A DNA stretch of 64,000 nucleotides from Squalus acanthias. Taxonomy: Eukaryota. The stretch lies in contig JASTWF010000325.1 in the NCBI GenBank assembly GCA_030390025.1, positions 62,001 through 126,000 of the forward strand. Direction: 5' to 3'. Below the pieces are notes generated by a model. That model saw only the letters and a program-made list of their open reading frames with translations, made no database searches and was not told where the DNA came from. A program made the translations under genes and the position numbers. Shown piece after piece: positions 35,818 through 48,300 of this stretch (position 1 is its first letter; every line of letters begins with the position of its first letter).

Positions 35818-36480
35818 TCACACCGTGGGTCAGTGAAATGCGATGCGATGTGAAGCGCCCCACCCCCTCCCCGCAGCAGGCGCTCGCTGATCAGGAGGCA
35901 GGAAAGGGCGTGGGGCAGGAACGCCTAAAATGAGGCATCGTGAGTGAAAAGATGGAGGTCTTCGAAGCAGCAGGTACAATGTGTGTAGAACCTATGTTAT
36001 GGATGTTAAATTCGGAAACCGTTAAGGTTCAAATCCCACAAGCGACTGCCCTAAAAAATGTCTCCTAAGCCTCCATCCAGCCTTCTCTGCCAGGATGCCT
36101 TTAACTTACACTGACGATGGCCCCCTCTCGACCGGTGCCAGCCATGTTTGGTGGGTCGAAGCAGCAACTGGTGGCAATCAGTCTAGCAGAGACCAAAATG
36201 GCGCTGGGGTTCCTATTAGTTCCAAGCGAGACCTTCGGCCGCCTGGATTAAGCTCTGTAAGAGTTGTTGCCTCTGGTCAGAGGACTATTCGTGTCCTAGT
36301 ACCACCCATTTCTAAGCACACAGAGGGTGGTAGGGACAGGAAAATCACCCACTTTAACTCCCTTGTGGAACGATTTTACTCTTTGTATCTTAAGTGATGC
36401 GCTGCTTCTGTGTATTATTTTACATGTAAATAAATTTAAGTCGTAGTTTAGAAAGGCGAGAGAATGTAGTCCCAGTACTT
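35818..36480. promoter_or_regulatory. Possible CpG-island/promoter-proximal unique sequence
   Basis: Relatively CpG-rich non-repeat DNA with YY1-like CAAAATGGCG (36194-36203) and a GGGACTACATTCTC motif on - (36460-36473) resembling the ZNF143/THAP11 ACTACA element. Motif-level evidence only. Confidence 0.3.
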
Positions 36481-36920
36481 TAGCTGTGAATTTTGTCAGG
36501 AGTTCCCCCAGTTTGATGCCATAACTCTGCCGAGAAACTCCGTTTATGCGGGAGACTCACTGAAGTCATGGCAACTGTTCTAGAGGTCACCCCTCCCCCT
36601 CTGTCCTGGAAATTCTCACCATTTGTGAGGTTTTGTTTTGCAGATCAACACTTCCTCAGTGGCTCCTTTTAGCTCTTGACATAGCCGATGTGAGCTTTTC
36701 GACAAGGAACTCAAACTAATCTGACTTCACTTCTGCTTTGACTATTGTATCGAGGGAAGTGGTTGTCACGTTCGATGTGGCCTCTTTCTCCCAGAGAATG
36801 ACTGAGGCTGTTCTCTGTTACCTCACTCGAGGGAGGCACACTGCAGGCCAGGGAAAACTGGGATGTGCAAACTATCAGCTGGGGGCCCATTGACAATCGT
36901 GCCCTCGAAGACCAGGACAG

Positions 36921-38748
36921 TTTACATTACATAGGATTACACAGGATATATGGCACAGAAACAGGCCATTCGGCCCAACCAGTCCATGCCGGCGTTTATG
37001 CTCCACTCGAGCCTCCTCCCGTCTTTCCTCATCTAAATCTAGCACCATAACCCTCTATTCCCTTCTCCCTCATATCTAATCGCCACTTAAATGCATCTAT
37101 ACTATTCGCTTCAACCACTCCCTGTGGTAGCGAGTTCCACATTCTCACCATTCTTTGGGTAAAGAAGTTTCTTCTGAATTCCCTATTGGATTTCTTGGTG
37201 ACTATCTTATATTGATAGCCTCTAGTTATGCTCTTCCCCACAAGTGGAAACATTCTCTCTTTATCCACTCTATCAACATTTTTCATAATTTTAAAGACCT
37301 CTATTAGGTCACCCCTCAGCCTTCTTTTTTCAAGAGAAAGAGACCCAGCCTGTTCATCCTTTCCGGATATGTATACCCTCGCATTTCTGGTATCATCCTT
37401 GTAAATCTTCTCTGCACCCTCTCCAGTGCCTCTATATCCTTTTTATAATATCGCGACCAGAACTGTATAATAAAAAAAAAATGCAGTACTCTGTGTGGTC
37501 TAACCAAGGTTCGATAAAGGTTTAGCATAACTTCCCTACTTTTCAATTCTATACCTCTAGAAATAAACCCGAGTGCTTGATTTGTTTTTTTTTATGGCCT
37601 TGTTAACTACTGTCACTGCTTTTAGTGATTTGTGTATTTGTACTCCGAGATCCCTTTGTTCCTCTACCCCACCTAGACTCGCACCCTCCAAGTAATAAGT
37701 GACCTCCCTATTCTTCCTACCAAAATGTAATACCTCACATTTATCTGTGTTGAACTTCATTTGCCAATTATCTGCCCATTCTGCAAGTTTATTAATGTCC
37801 TCCTGTAATTTGTTGCAGTCCTCCTCAGTATTGACTAGCCCCCCAATTTGATGTCATCCGCAAATTTAGAAATTGTGTTTTTGATTCCAAAGTCTAAATT
37901 GTTAATGTAAATTGTGAACAGCAGTGGTCCCAGCACTGATCCTTGTGGAACACCACTACCCACCTCCTGCCACTGTGAATAGCTACCCTTTACTCCTACT
38001 CTCTGCTTTCTGTCCTGAAGCCAGCCAGCAATCCATTCTGCTACTTGGCCCCGGATCCCGCATTCCCTGACCTTGTTCATCAGTCAATTATGGGGCACCT
38101 TATCGAAGGCCTTTTGAAAATCCAGATAAATTACATCTACTGCATTACCATTGTCTACTCTCTCTGTTACCTCTTCAAAAAATTCAATAAGGTTGGTCAA
38201 GCAAGACTTTCCCTTTTGAAATCCATGCTGACTATTCATGATTATATTTTTGGTTTCTAGATGTTCTTCTATTTTCTCCTTTAGTAGGGATTCCATTATT
38301 TTTCCTACCACTGATGTTAAGCTGACTGGTCTATACTTCCCTGGACATGTTCTATCCCCCTTCTTAAATATAAGTATTACGTTAGCTGTCCGCCAGTCCT
38401 CTGGCATTACACCTTGTTCTAACGAATTATTAAATATGCGTAGTAATGCCTCTGCTATCTCTTCCCTAGATTCTTTTAAAATGAGTGCATGCAATCCATC
38501 CGGACATGGGGTTTTATCTTGTTTGAGTTTGATTAGTTTATTTAATATATCCCCTTTTTTTATTTTAAATGCACTTATCTCATTACTAATCTCATCATCC
38601 AATGTCATGTCCACCTGTTCTACCTCCCTGGTAAATACTGAAGCGAAATAATGATTTAATATTTCTGCCACCTCTCTATCGTTACCTGTGGTATTATCCT
38701 GTCTATCCCTTAATGGCCCTATTCCCATCCTAACCTTCCTTTTTTTAT
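36921..38748 (-). mobile_element. 5'-truncated CR1 LINE, copy 3 (degraded RT region and 3' UTR)
   Basis: Minus-strand ORFs 38084..38728 (YRPVSLTS, QHGF, DFQKAFD), 37835..38080 (GVPQGSVLGP, KFADD), 37316..37546 and 37029..37286. Tail (TGTAATCCTA)n near 36925-36945. Confidence 0.92.
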
Positions 38749-39350
38749 TGCCTCAGCTCATCCGCTGCTGAAACCCTCATCCATGCCTTTGTTACCTCTA
38801 GACTTGACTATTCCAACATACTCCTGGCTGGCCTCCCACATTCCACCCTACGTAAACTTGAGGTCATCCAAAACTGCCCATGTCCTAACCCGCACCAAGT
38901 CCCGTTCGCCCATCACCCCTGTGCTCGCTGACCTACATTGGCTCCCAGTTAAGCAGCGCCTCGATTTCAAAATTCTCATCATTGTTTTCAAATCCCTCCA
39001 TGGCCTCGCCCCTCCCTATCTCTGTAATCTCCTTCAGCCCCACAACCCCCCGAGATATCTGCATTCCTTTAACTCTGCCCTCTTGAGTATCCCTGATTAT
39101 AATCACTCAACCATTGGTGGCCGTGCCTTCTGTTGCCTAGGTCCTAAGCTCTGGAATTCCCTCCCTAAACCTCTCCGCCTCGCTACCTCTCTGTCCTCCT
39201 TTAAGACGCTCCTTAAAACCTACCTCTTTGACCAAGCTTTTGGTCACCTGCCCTAATTTATCTTTATGTGGGTCGGTGTCAAGTTTGTTGTCTTAAAGTA
39301 CTCCTGTGCAGCGCCTTGGGACGTTTTACTACATTAAAGGTGCTATATAA
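38749..39350 (+). mobile_element. L2 3' fragment, same family as 13645-15371
   Basis: Near-colinear with ~14746-15352 (TGCCTCAGCTCATCCGCTGCTGAAACC...AAAGGYGCTATATAAA). Confidence 0.9.
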
Positions 39351-39397
39351 ACCCTTCAGCTAGGTCATTAATATAGATTGTAAATAGCTGAGGCCCT

Positions 39398-39455
39398 CTA
39401 TGGGGCAGAGCCTATGGAGTGAAATCTATGGGGCAGAGCCTATGGGGTAGAGCCT
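39398..39455. repeat. Short repeat of CTATGGGGCAGAGC (14-bp motif, ~4 degenerate copies)
   Basis: CTATGGGGCAGAGC CTATGGAGTGAAAT CTATGGGGCAGAGC CTATGGGGTAGAGC. Confidence 0.75.
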
Positions 39456-40082
39456 GACCAGCAGTGGGTGTTCAATTGGACCGGAGACATGGGCCTCAAT
39501 ATTAACCCCCCACGACAGGTGGGAGAGGGTCGTGGGGTTAAAAATGACAAAACGGGGAACACGTCCCTAATCCGCAGTGTGTGCATCCGTCGGCACTTTA
39601 TTTGGTGGGGTGGTATCGAGGTGTCCATGTGTCTCGCCGTGGAGCGGCTTCATTAACATATTTAAATCAGGCTCGCACCGTGCATGTCTCTGCCGCTGTG
39701 CGGGGGTTTGCAGGGCTCAGCATAGCCGGCAGTGAAGGGGAGGCATGAGCTGCTGGCTCCATAAGGTAAGTGCCTCTTCCAGCACTGTGTGTGGGCCAGG
39801 AGGAGCAGGCATGTTCCCCCCCCCAGCCTCTCAAGGAAGCCTTCTAGCTCCCCCCTGCCGATCGCCGGCCTCTCTCTCCCCTCCCCCCCACCCAAGCCCC
39901 GATCTCTGGCTCCCTCCCTCCCGATTACCAGCGACTAACCCAACGTGTCCCCGCCTGTGGCCTCCTGACGCTGACTATTCCCACTGTTAATTTGGCCAAA
40001 ATAAAAACATTATAATGAGGCTCTGCCGTTAAATTCAGCAGGACCTCAGTGGACAGAGGGGCATCATTCAGAGACAGACTAT

Positions 40083-40608
40083 GTCAGGAGTGTGATGGAA
40101 TACTCTCCACTTGCCTGGATGAGTGCAGCTCCAACAACAGCCAAGAAGCCCGACACCATCGAGGACAAAGCAGCCCGCTTGATTGGCACCCCATCCACCA
40201 CCTTAAACATTCACTCCCTCCACCACCGGCGTACCGTGGCTGCAGTGTGTACCATCTACAAGATGCACTGCAGCAACTCGCCAAGGCTTCTTTGGCAGCA
40301 CCTCCCAAACCCGCGACCTCTTCCACCTAGAAGGACAAGGGCAGCAGGTGCATGGGGACACCACCACCTCCAAGTTCCCCTCCAAGTCACACAACATCCT
40401 CACTTGGAAGTATACCGCCGTTCCTACATCGTCGCTGGGTCAAAATCCTGGAACCTCCTCTCTAACAGCACTGTGGGAATACCTTCACCACACGGACTGC
40501 AGTGGTTGAAGAAGGCGACTCACCAGCACCTTCTCAAGGGCAATTAGGGATGGGCAATAAATGCTGGCTTTGCCAGCGACGCCCACATCCCAGGAACGAA
40601 TAAAAAAA
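40083..40608 (+). mobile_element. 3' fragment of a non-LTR retrotransposon (RTE-X-like, tentative) with an A-rich tail
   Basis: Encodes VRSVMEYSPLAWMSAAPTT..DTIEDKAARLIG...LHHRRTVAAVCTIYKMH...SWNLL, a LINE ORF2 C-terminus. Ends GAATAAAAAAA. Confidence 0.75.
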
Positions 40609-40609
40609 T

Positions 40610-40812
40610 ATATAATGGGCAGAGTGGCATCATTCAGAGTCGGACTGTGGGGTATATAATGGGAAGAGGGGCATCATTCAGAGTCGGACTGTGGGGTATA
40701 TCATGGGAAGAGGGGCATCATTCAGAGTCGGACTGTGGGGTATATCATGGGAAGAGGGGCATCATTCAGAGTCGGACTGTGGGGTATATCATGGGAAGAG
40801 GGGCATCATTCA
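40610..40812. repeat. 44-bp minisatellite (~4.5 copies, plus one partial copy at ~40051-40082)
   Basis: GCATCATTCA recurs at 40627, 40671, 40715, 40759 and 40803. Unit GGGCATCATTCAGAGTCGGACTGTGGGGTATATCATGGGAAGAG. Confidence 0.92.
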
Positions 40813-41369
40813 TGCCAAAGTGAGGCATCCCTCTACACAGCTAACACTGAGCTTAATTTGTTGAGGAAGATAGTTTGCGCAATTCCAGGCTTTGACAATC
40901 TGAACAATGTTTATTTTTGGCAAACTCAACAGATTTGAAAGTGAAACCTCAAGTGATCTGCTTCCTGTATTGCTGGTCTTCCAATGACTGACTGATTTGT
41001 GTGCTGAAATGCAGAGTTAGCCAATCTCACAGGGTGAAGAGCGGCACACACGGAGACCGCAGCAGGGGATTCAGATAGCGAGATTCACACATCTCTCGGC
41101 AGTTGTGTGAAGTGAGTGAGGAGACTGTCAGCAACAGTTCACGGTTCAGGAAACAGGCTTCACACAGAACGGTAAATATCTGAGTCCTGCCGACCCTCAG
41201 TGGGGCTGCACTGCAGCAGGTGTAGAGCAGTATAGTGGCACAGCAAGATGTCAGGGCAGTGGTTTGTGATCAGTTAGTGGCATGGTACTGTAGCTGTGTA
41301 CCGAGTGATATATCCCAGCAATCACCAGGGCAGTGTATAGGGATACGTTTTTCAGGCACTACGCAGCCA

Positions 41370-42310
41370 ACATGGCGGGATCGATGCGACGGAGGAAGGC
41401 TGATGGACGTACACCGGGAAATGCTGGGCGCACTGGGAAGCCTGCTGGAGAGCTTCCACACAACGTCACAGAGCATGGAGGAGTGCAGCTCCAACTTGGT
41501 CAAGGCTTTGCGCAGAGCACGGAGACCGTACTGTCCAACGTGGAGTGTTCAGCTTCATCACAAACCCACGATGCTGGAGCGTCTCATGATAAATTAGATA
41601 GCTCCCATTGCGGACAAGCTGCAGCATGGAAGCTCATCCAGCTGGCATCTTGGCTCTGGTGGCCACTGTTGCCAGGGCCTTCCAGAGCATCAGATAATTC
41701 CAGCACTCTATTGTCCAGCAAAGCACTAGGAGCGCTGAGGCACCGCCCCAGGAGAGTGGCCAAGGCTGCATGGGAGAGGACCCTACTGTCCTCTCTCAGG
41801 ATGGCAGCATACCTGTTCCCCAGCCAGTCACTCCGCCATGCCCTATAGCCAGCCGGCCCAGACTGCTGCAGCCCGTGCCGAGATGGTGCAGACTGAAGCT
41901 GGGTCATCCAGTCCCAGAGCTGCTCGAGGTCGTGCCCTCAATGGAAGCTCAGCGGCCTTCAACCTCCCATTCTGTAGCCATTGGGAAACACCTCACAGGA
42001 GTAGTACGAGAGGCAAAGGAGTACACAAGACAGGGACTAAGGGAATGCACAAGAAGGAATAATTATATTTTCTGTAAAGACTGAGATTATTTATTTGATA
42101 AATTAGGTTTGCATTTGCATTTGGTGTTGTTATTGCACAGAAGTGAGGGCAAGATCATTAAGTGTTGACTGAAGGGAGGCAATGTGATAGTGGGTGTAAA
42201 AGAGCTAATAATTGTGGGACTGATGGTGAATGGGGAATGCGAGATCAGAATTATTTGAACCGCTTCACGATGAGATGGTCTCTGAGAGGAGCGTCTCCAC
42301 CTCCTGCTCC
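41370..42310. mobile_element. Probable Harbinger remnant: + strand accessory-ORF fragment converging on a - strand transposase C-terminus
   Basis: The + strand reads RLMDVHREMLGALGSLLESF...SMEE (coiled-coil-like, broken). The - strand reads ...LRDHLIVKRFK* ending at 42251, like HARBI1-type C-termini. Resemblance from memory only. Confidence 0.45.
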
Positions 42311-45300
42311 TCCCGGAAAGTTTATCTAGACTGTACCTGGACAGTGTATATTGATTGTACCTGGACAGTGTATATTGATTGTACCTGGACAGTGTATATT
42401 CATTGTACCTGGACAGTGTATATTGATTGAACCTGGACAGTGTATATAGATTGTACCAGGACTGTGTATATAGATTGTACCTGGACTGTGTATATTGATT
42501 GTACCTGGACAGTGTATATTCATTGTACCTGGACAGTGTATATAGATTGTACCTGGACTGTGTATATTGATTGTACCTGGACTGTGTATATTGATTGTAC
42601 CTGGACAGTGTATATAGATTGTACATGGACAGTGTATATTGATTGTACCTGGACTGTGTATATAGATTGTACCTGGACTGTGTATATTGATTGTACCTGG
42701 ACAGTGTATATAGATTGTACCTGGACAGTGTATATTGATTGTAACTGGACAGTGTATATTGATTGAACCTGGACTGTGTATAGAGATTGTACCTGGACTG
42801 TGTATATAGATTGTACCTGGAATGTGTATATTGATTGTACCTGGACAGTGTATATAGATTGTACCCGGACAGTGTATATTGATTGTACCTGGACAGTGTA
42901 TATTGATTGTACCTGGACAGTGTATATTGATTGTACCTGGACAGTGTATATAGATTGTACCCGGACAGTGTATATAGATTGTACCTGGACAGTGTATATT
43001 GATTGTACCTGGACAGTGTATATTGATTGTACCTGGACAGTGTATATAGATTGTACCTGGACTGTGCATAGATATTGTACCTGGACAGTGTATATTGATG
43101 TACCTGGATTGTGTATAGAGATTGTACCTGGACTGTGTATAGAGATTGTACCTGGACAGTGTATATAGATTGTACCAGGACAGTGTATAGAGATTGTACC
43201 TGGACAGTGTATATAGATTGTACCTGGACTGTGTATAGAGATTGTACCTGGACAGTGTATATTGATTGTACCTGGACAGTGTATATTCATTATACCTGGA
43301 CGGTGTATATTGATTGTACCTGGACAGTGTATATTGATTGTACCTGGACTGTGTATATTCATTATACCTGGACGGTGTATATTGATTGTACCTGGACAGT
43401 GTATATTGATTGAACCTGGACTGTGTATATAGATTGTACCTGGACAGTGTATATAGATTGTACCTGGACAGTGTATATTCATTATACCTGGACGGTGTAT
43501 ATTGATTGTACCTGGACAGTGTATATTGATTTTACCTGGACTGTGTATATTCATTATACCTGGACGGTGTATATTGATTGTACCTGGACAGTGTATATTG
43601 ATTGTACCTGGACTGTGTATATAGATTGTACCTGGACTGTGTATATTGATTGTACCTGGACAGTGTATATAGATTGTACCTGGACAGTGTATATTGATTG
43701 TAACTGGACAGTGTATATTGATTGAACCTGGAATGTGTATAGAGATTGTACCTGGACTGTGTATATAGATTGTACCCGGACAGTGTATATTGATTGTACC
43801 TGGACAGTGTATATTGATTGTACCCGGACAGTGTATATAGATTGTACCTGGACAGTGTATATTGATTGTACCTGGACAGTGTATATTGATTGTACCTGGA
43901 CAGTGTATATAGATTGTACCTGCACTGTGCATAGAGATTGTACCTGGACAGTGTATATTGATGTACCTGGACTGTGTATAGAGATTGTACCTGGACTGTG
44001 TATAGAGATTGTACCTGGACAGTGTATATAGATTGTACCAGGACAGTGTATAGAGATTGTACCTGGACAGTGTATATAGATTGTACCTGGACTGTGTATA
44101 GAGATTGTACCTGGACAGTGTATATAGATTGTACCTGGAAAGTGTATATTGATTGTACCTGGACTGTGTATAGAGATTGTACCTGGACTGTGTATAGAGA
44201 TTGAACCTGGACTGTGTATATTGATTGTACCTGGACAGTGTATATAGATTGCACCTGGACAGTGTATATTGATTGTACCTGGACAGTGTATATTTATTGT
44301 ATCTGGACTGTGTATAGAGATTGTACCTGGACTGTGTATATTGATTGTACCTGGACAGTGTATATAGATTGCACCTGGACAGTGTATATTGATTGTAACT
44401 AGACAGTGTATATTGATTGTACCTGGACTGCGGAAAGAGATTGTACCTGGACTGTGTATATAGATTGTACCTGGACAGTGTATATAGATTGTACCTGGAC
44501 AGTGTATATTGATTGTACCTGGACAGTGTATATTGATTGTACTTGGACAGTGTATATAGATTGTACCTGGACAGTGTATATTGATTGTCCCTGGACAGTG
44601 TATATAGATTGTACCTGGACTGTGTATAGAGATTGTACCTGGACAGTGTATATAGATTGCACCTGGACAGAGTATATTGATTGTACCTGGACTGTGTATA
44701 GAGATTGTACCTGGACTGTGTAAAGAGATTGTACATGGACAGTGTATATAGATTGTACCTGGACTGTGTATAGAGATTGTACCTGGACAGTGTATATAGA
44801 TTGCACCTGGACAGAGTATATTGATTGTACCTGGACTGTGTATAGAGATTGTACCTGGACATTGTATATAGATTGTACCTGGACAGTGTATATTGATTGT
44901 ACCTGGACCGTGTATATGGATTGTACCTGGACAGTGTATATAGATTGTACCTGGACAGTGTATACAGATTGTACCTGGACAGAGTATATTGATTGTACCT
45001 GGACAGTGTATATTGATTGTACCTGGACAGTTTATATGGATTGTACCTGGACAGTGTATATTGATTGTACCTGGACAGTGTATATAGATTGTACCTGGAC
45101 TGTGTATAGAGATTGTACCTGGACAGTGTATATAGATTGTACCTGGAAAGTGTATATTGATTGTACCTGGACTGTGTATAGAGATTGTACCTGGACTGTG
45201 TATAGAGATTGAACCTGGACTGTGTATATTGATTGTACCTGGACAGTGTATATAGATTGCACCTGGACAGTGTATATTGATTGTACCTGGACAGTGTATA

Positions 45301-48300
45301 TTTATTGTATCTGGACTGTGTATAGAGATTGTACCTGGACTGTGTATATTGATTGTACCTGGACAGTGTATATAGATTGCACCTGGACAGTGTATATTGA
45401 TTGTAACTAGACAGTGTATATTGATTGTACCTGGACTGCGGAAAGAGATTGTACCTGGACTGTGTATATAGATTGTACCTGGACAGTGTATATAGATTGT
45501 ACCTGGACAGTGTATATTGATTGTACCTGGACAGTGTATATTGATTGTACTTGGACAGTGTATATAGATTGTACCTGGACAGTGTATATTGATTGTCCCT
45601 GGACAGTGTATATAGATTGTACCTGGACTGTGTATAGAGATTGTACCTGGACAGTGTATATAGATTGCACCTGGACAGAGTATATTGATTGTACCTGGAC
45701 TGTGTATAGAGATTGTACCTGGACTGTGTAAAGAGATTGTACATGGACAGTGTATATAGATTGTACCTGGACTGTGTATAGAGATTGTACCTGGACAGTG
45801 TATATAGATTGCACCTGGACAGAGTATATTGATTGTACCTGGACTGTGTATAGAGATTGTACCTGGACATTGTATATAGATTGTACCTGGACAGTGTATA
45901 TTGATTGTACCTGGACCGTGTATATGGATTGTACCTGGACAGTGTATATAGATTGTACCTGGACAGTGTATACAGATTGTACCTGGACAGAGTATATTGA
46001 TTGTACCTGGACAGTGTATATTGATTGTACCTGGACAGTTTATATGGATTGTACCTGGACAGTGTATATTGATTGTACCTGGACAGTATATATTGATAAT
46101 ACCTGGACAGTGTATATAGATTGTACCTGGACAGTGTATATAGATTGTACCTGGACAGTGTATATAGATTGTACCTGGACATTGCATATACATTTTACCT
46201 GGACAGTGTATTTTGATTGTACCTGGACAGTGTATATAGATTGTACCTGGACAGTGTATAGAGATTGTACCTGGACAGTGTATATTGATGGTACCTGGAC
46301 AGTGTATATAGATTGTACCTGGACAGTGTATATAGATTGTACCTGGACAGTGTATATAGATTGTACCTAGACAGTGTATATTGATTGTACCTGGACAGTG
46401 TATATTGATTGTACCTGGACAGTGTATATAGATTGTAACTGGATAGTGTATATATATTGTAACTGGATAGTGTATATAGATTGTACCTAGACAGTGTATA
46501 TTGATTGTACCTGGACAGTGTATATAGATTGTAACTGGATAGTGTATATAGATTGTACCTAGACAGTGTATATTGATTGTACCTGGACAGTGTATATTGA
46601 TTGTACCTGGACAGTGTATATAGATTGTACCTGGACAGTTTATATGGATTGTACCTGGACAGTGTATATTGATTGTACCTGGACAGTGTATATAGATTGT
46701 ACCTGGACAGTGTATATAGATTGTACCTGGACAGTTTATATGGATTGTACCTGGACAGTGTATATTGATTGTACCTGGACAGTGTATATAGATTGTACCT
46801 GGACAGTGTATATAGATTGTACCTGGACATTGCATATAGATTGTACCTGGACAGTGTATATAGATTGTACCTGGACAGTGTATATTGATGGTACCTGGGC
46901 AGTGTATATAGATTGTACATTGACAGTGTATATTGATTGTACCTGGGCAGTGTATATAAATTGTACCTGGACAGTGTATATAGATTGTACCTGGACATTC
47001 TATATAGATTGTACCTGGACAATGTATTTTGATTGTACCTGGACAGTGTATATAGATTGTACCTGGACAGTGTATATTGATTGTACCTGGGCAGTGTATA
47101 TAAATTGTACCTGGACAGTGTATATAGATTGTACCTTGACAGTGTATATAGATTGTACCTGGACAGTGTATATAGATTGTACCTAGACAGTGTATATTGA
47201 TTGTACCTGGACAGTGTATATAGATTGTACCTGGACAGTGTATATTGATGGTACCTGGACAGTGTATATAGATTGTACCTGGACAGTGTATATAGATTGT
47301 AACAGGACAGTGTATATAGATTGTACCTGGACAGTGTATATAGATTGTACCTGGACAGTGTATATTGATGGTACCTGGACAGTGTATATAGATTGTACCT
47401 GGACAGTGTATATTGATGGTACCTGGACAGTGTATATAGATTGTACCTGGACAGTGTATATAGATTGTAACTGGACAGTGTATATAGATTGTACCTGGAC
47501 AGTGTATATAGATTGTACCTAGACAGTGTATATTGATTGTACCTGGACAGTGTATATTGATTGTACCTGGACAGTGCATATAAATTTTACCTGGACAGTG
47601 TATATTGATTGTACCTGGACAGTGTTTATTGATTGTACCTGGACAGTGTATATAGATTGTACCTGGACAGTGTATATAGATTGTACCTGGACAGTGTATA
47701 TTGATGGTACCTGGGCAGTGTATATAGATTGTACCTGGACAGTGTATATAGATTGTACCTGGACAGTGTATATAGATTGTACCTGGACATTGCATATAGA
47801 TTGTACCTGGACAGCGTATTTTGATTGTACCTGGACAGTGTATATAGATTGTACCTTGACAGTGTATATAGATTGTACCTGGACAGTGTATATTGATTGT
47901 ACCTGGACAGTGTATATAGATTGTACCTTGACAGTGTATATAGATTGTACCTGGACAGTGTATATTGATGGTACCTGGACAGTGTATATAGATTGTACCT
48001 GGACAGTGTATATAGATTGTAACTGGATAGTGTATATAGATTGTACCTAGACAGTGTATATTGATTGTACCTGGACAGTGTATATTGATTGTACCTGGAC
48101 AGTGCATATAAATTTTACCTGGACAGTGTATATTGATTGTACCTGGGCAGTGTATATAGATTGTACCTGGAGAGTGTAGATTGATTGCACCTGGACAGTG
48201 TATATTGATTGTACCTGGACAGTGTATATAGATGTACCTGGACAGTGTATATAGATTGTACCTGGACAGTATATATGGATTATACCTGGACAGTGTATAT

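Noticed and set aside
16528..35863. Very long Pro/Arg/Ala-rich ORFs (up to 1716 aa) on - and many Gly/Trp-rich ORFs on +
   Set aside because: They arise because the C-rich strand of the satellite rarely contains stops. The 23- and 10-bp modules do not preserve frame, and the same peptides cycle through all three frames.
39360..39396. Short minus-strand GPQLFTIYINDL-coding piece
   Set aside because: It is a ~35-bp CR1 RT scrap, too small to call as a separate element.
39455..40050. Possible non-autonomous DNA-transposon (MITE) remnant
   Set aside because: I could not identify matching inverted termini or a TSD by eye.
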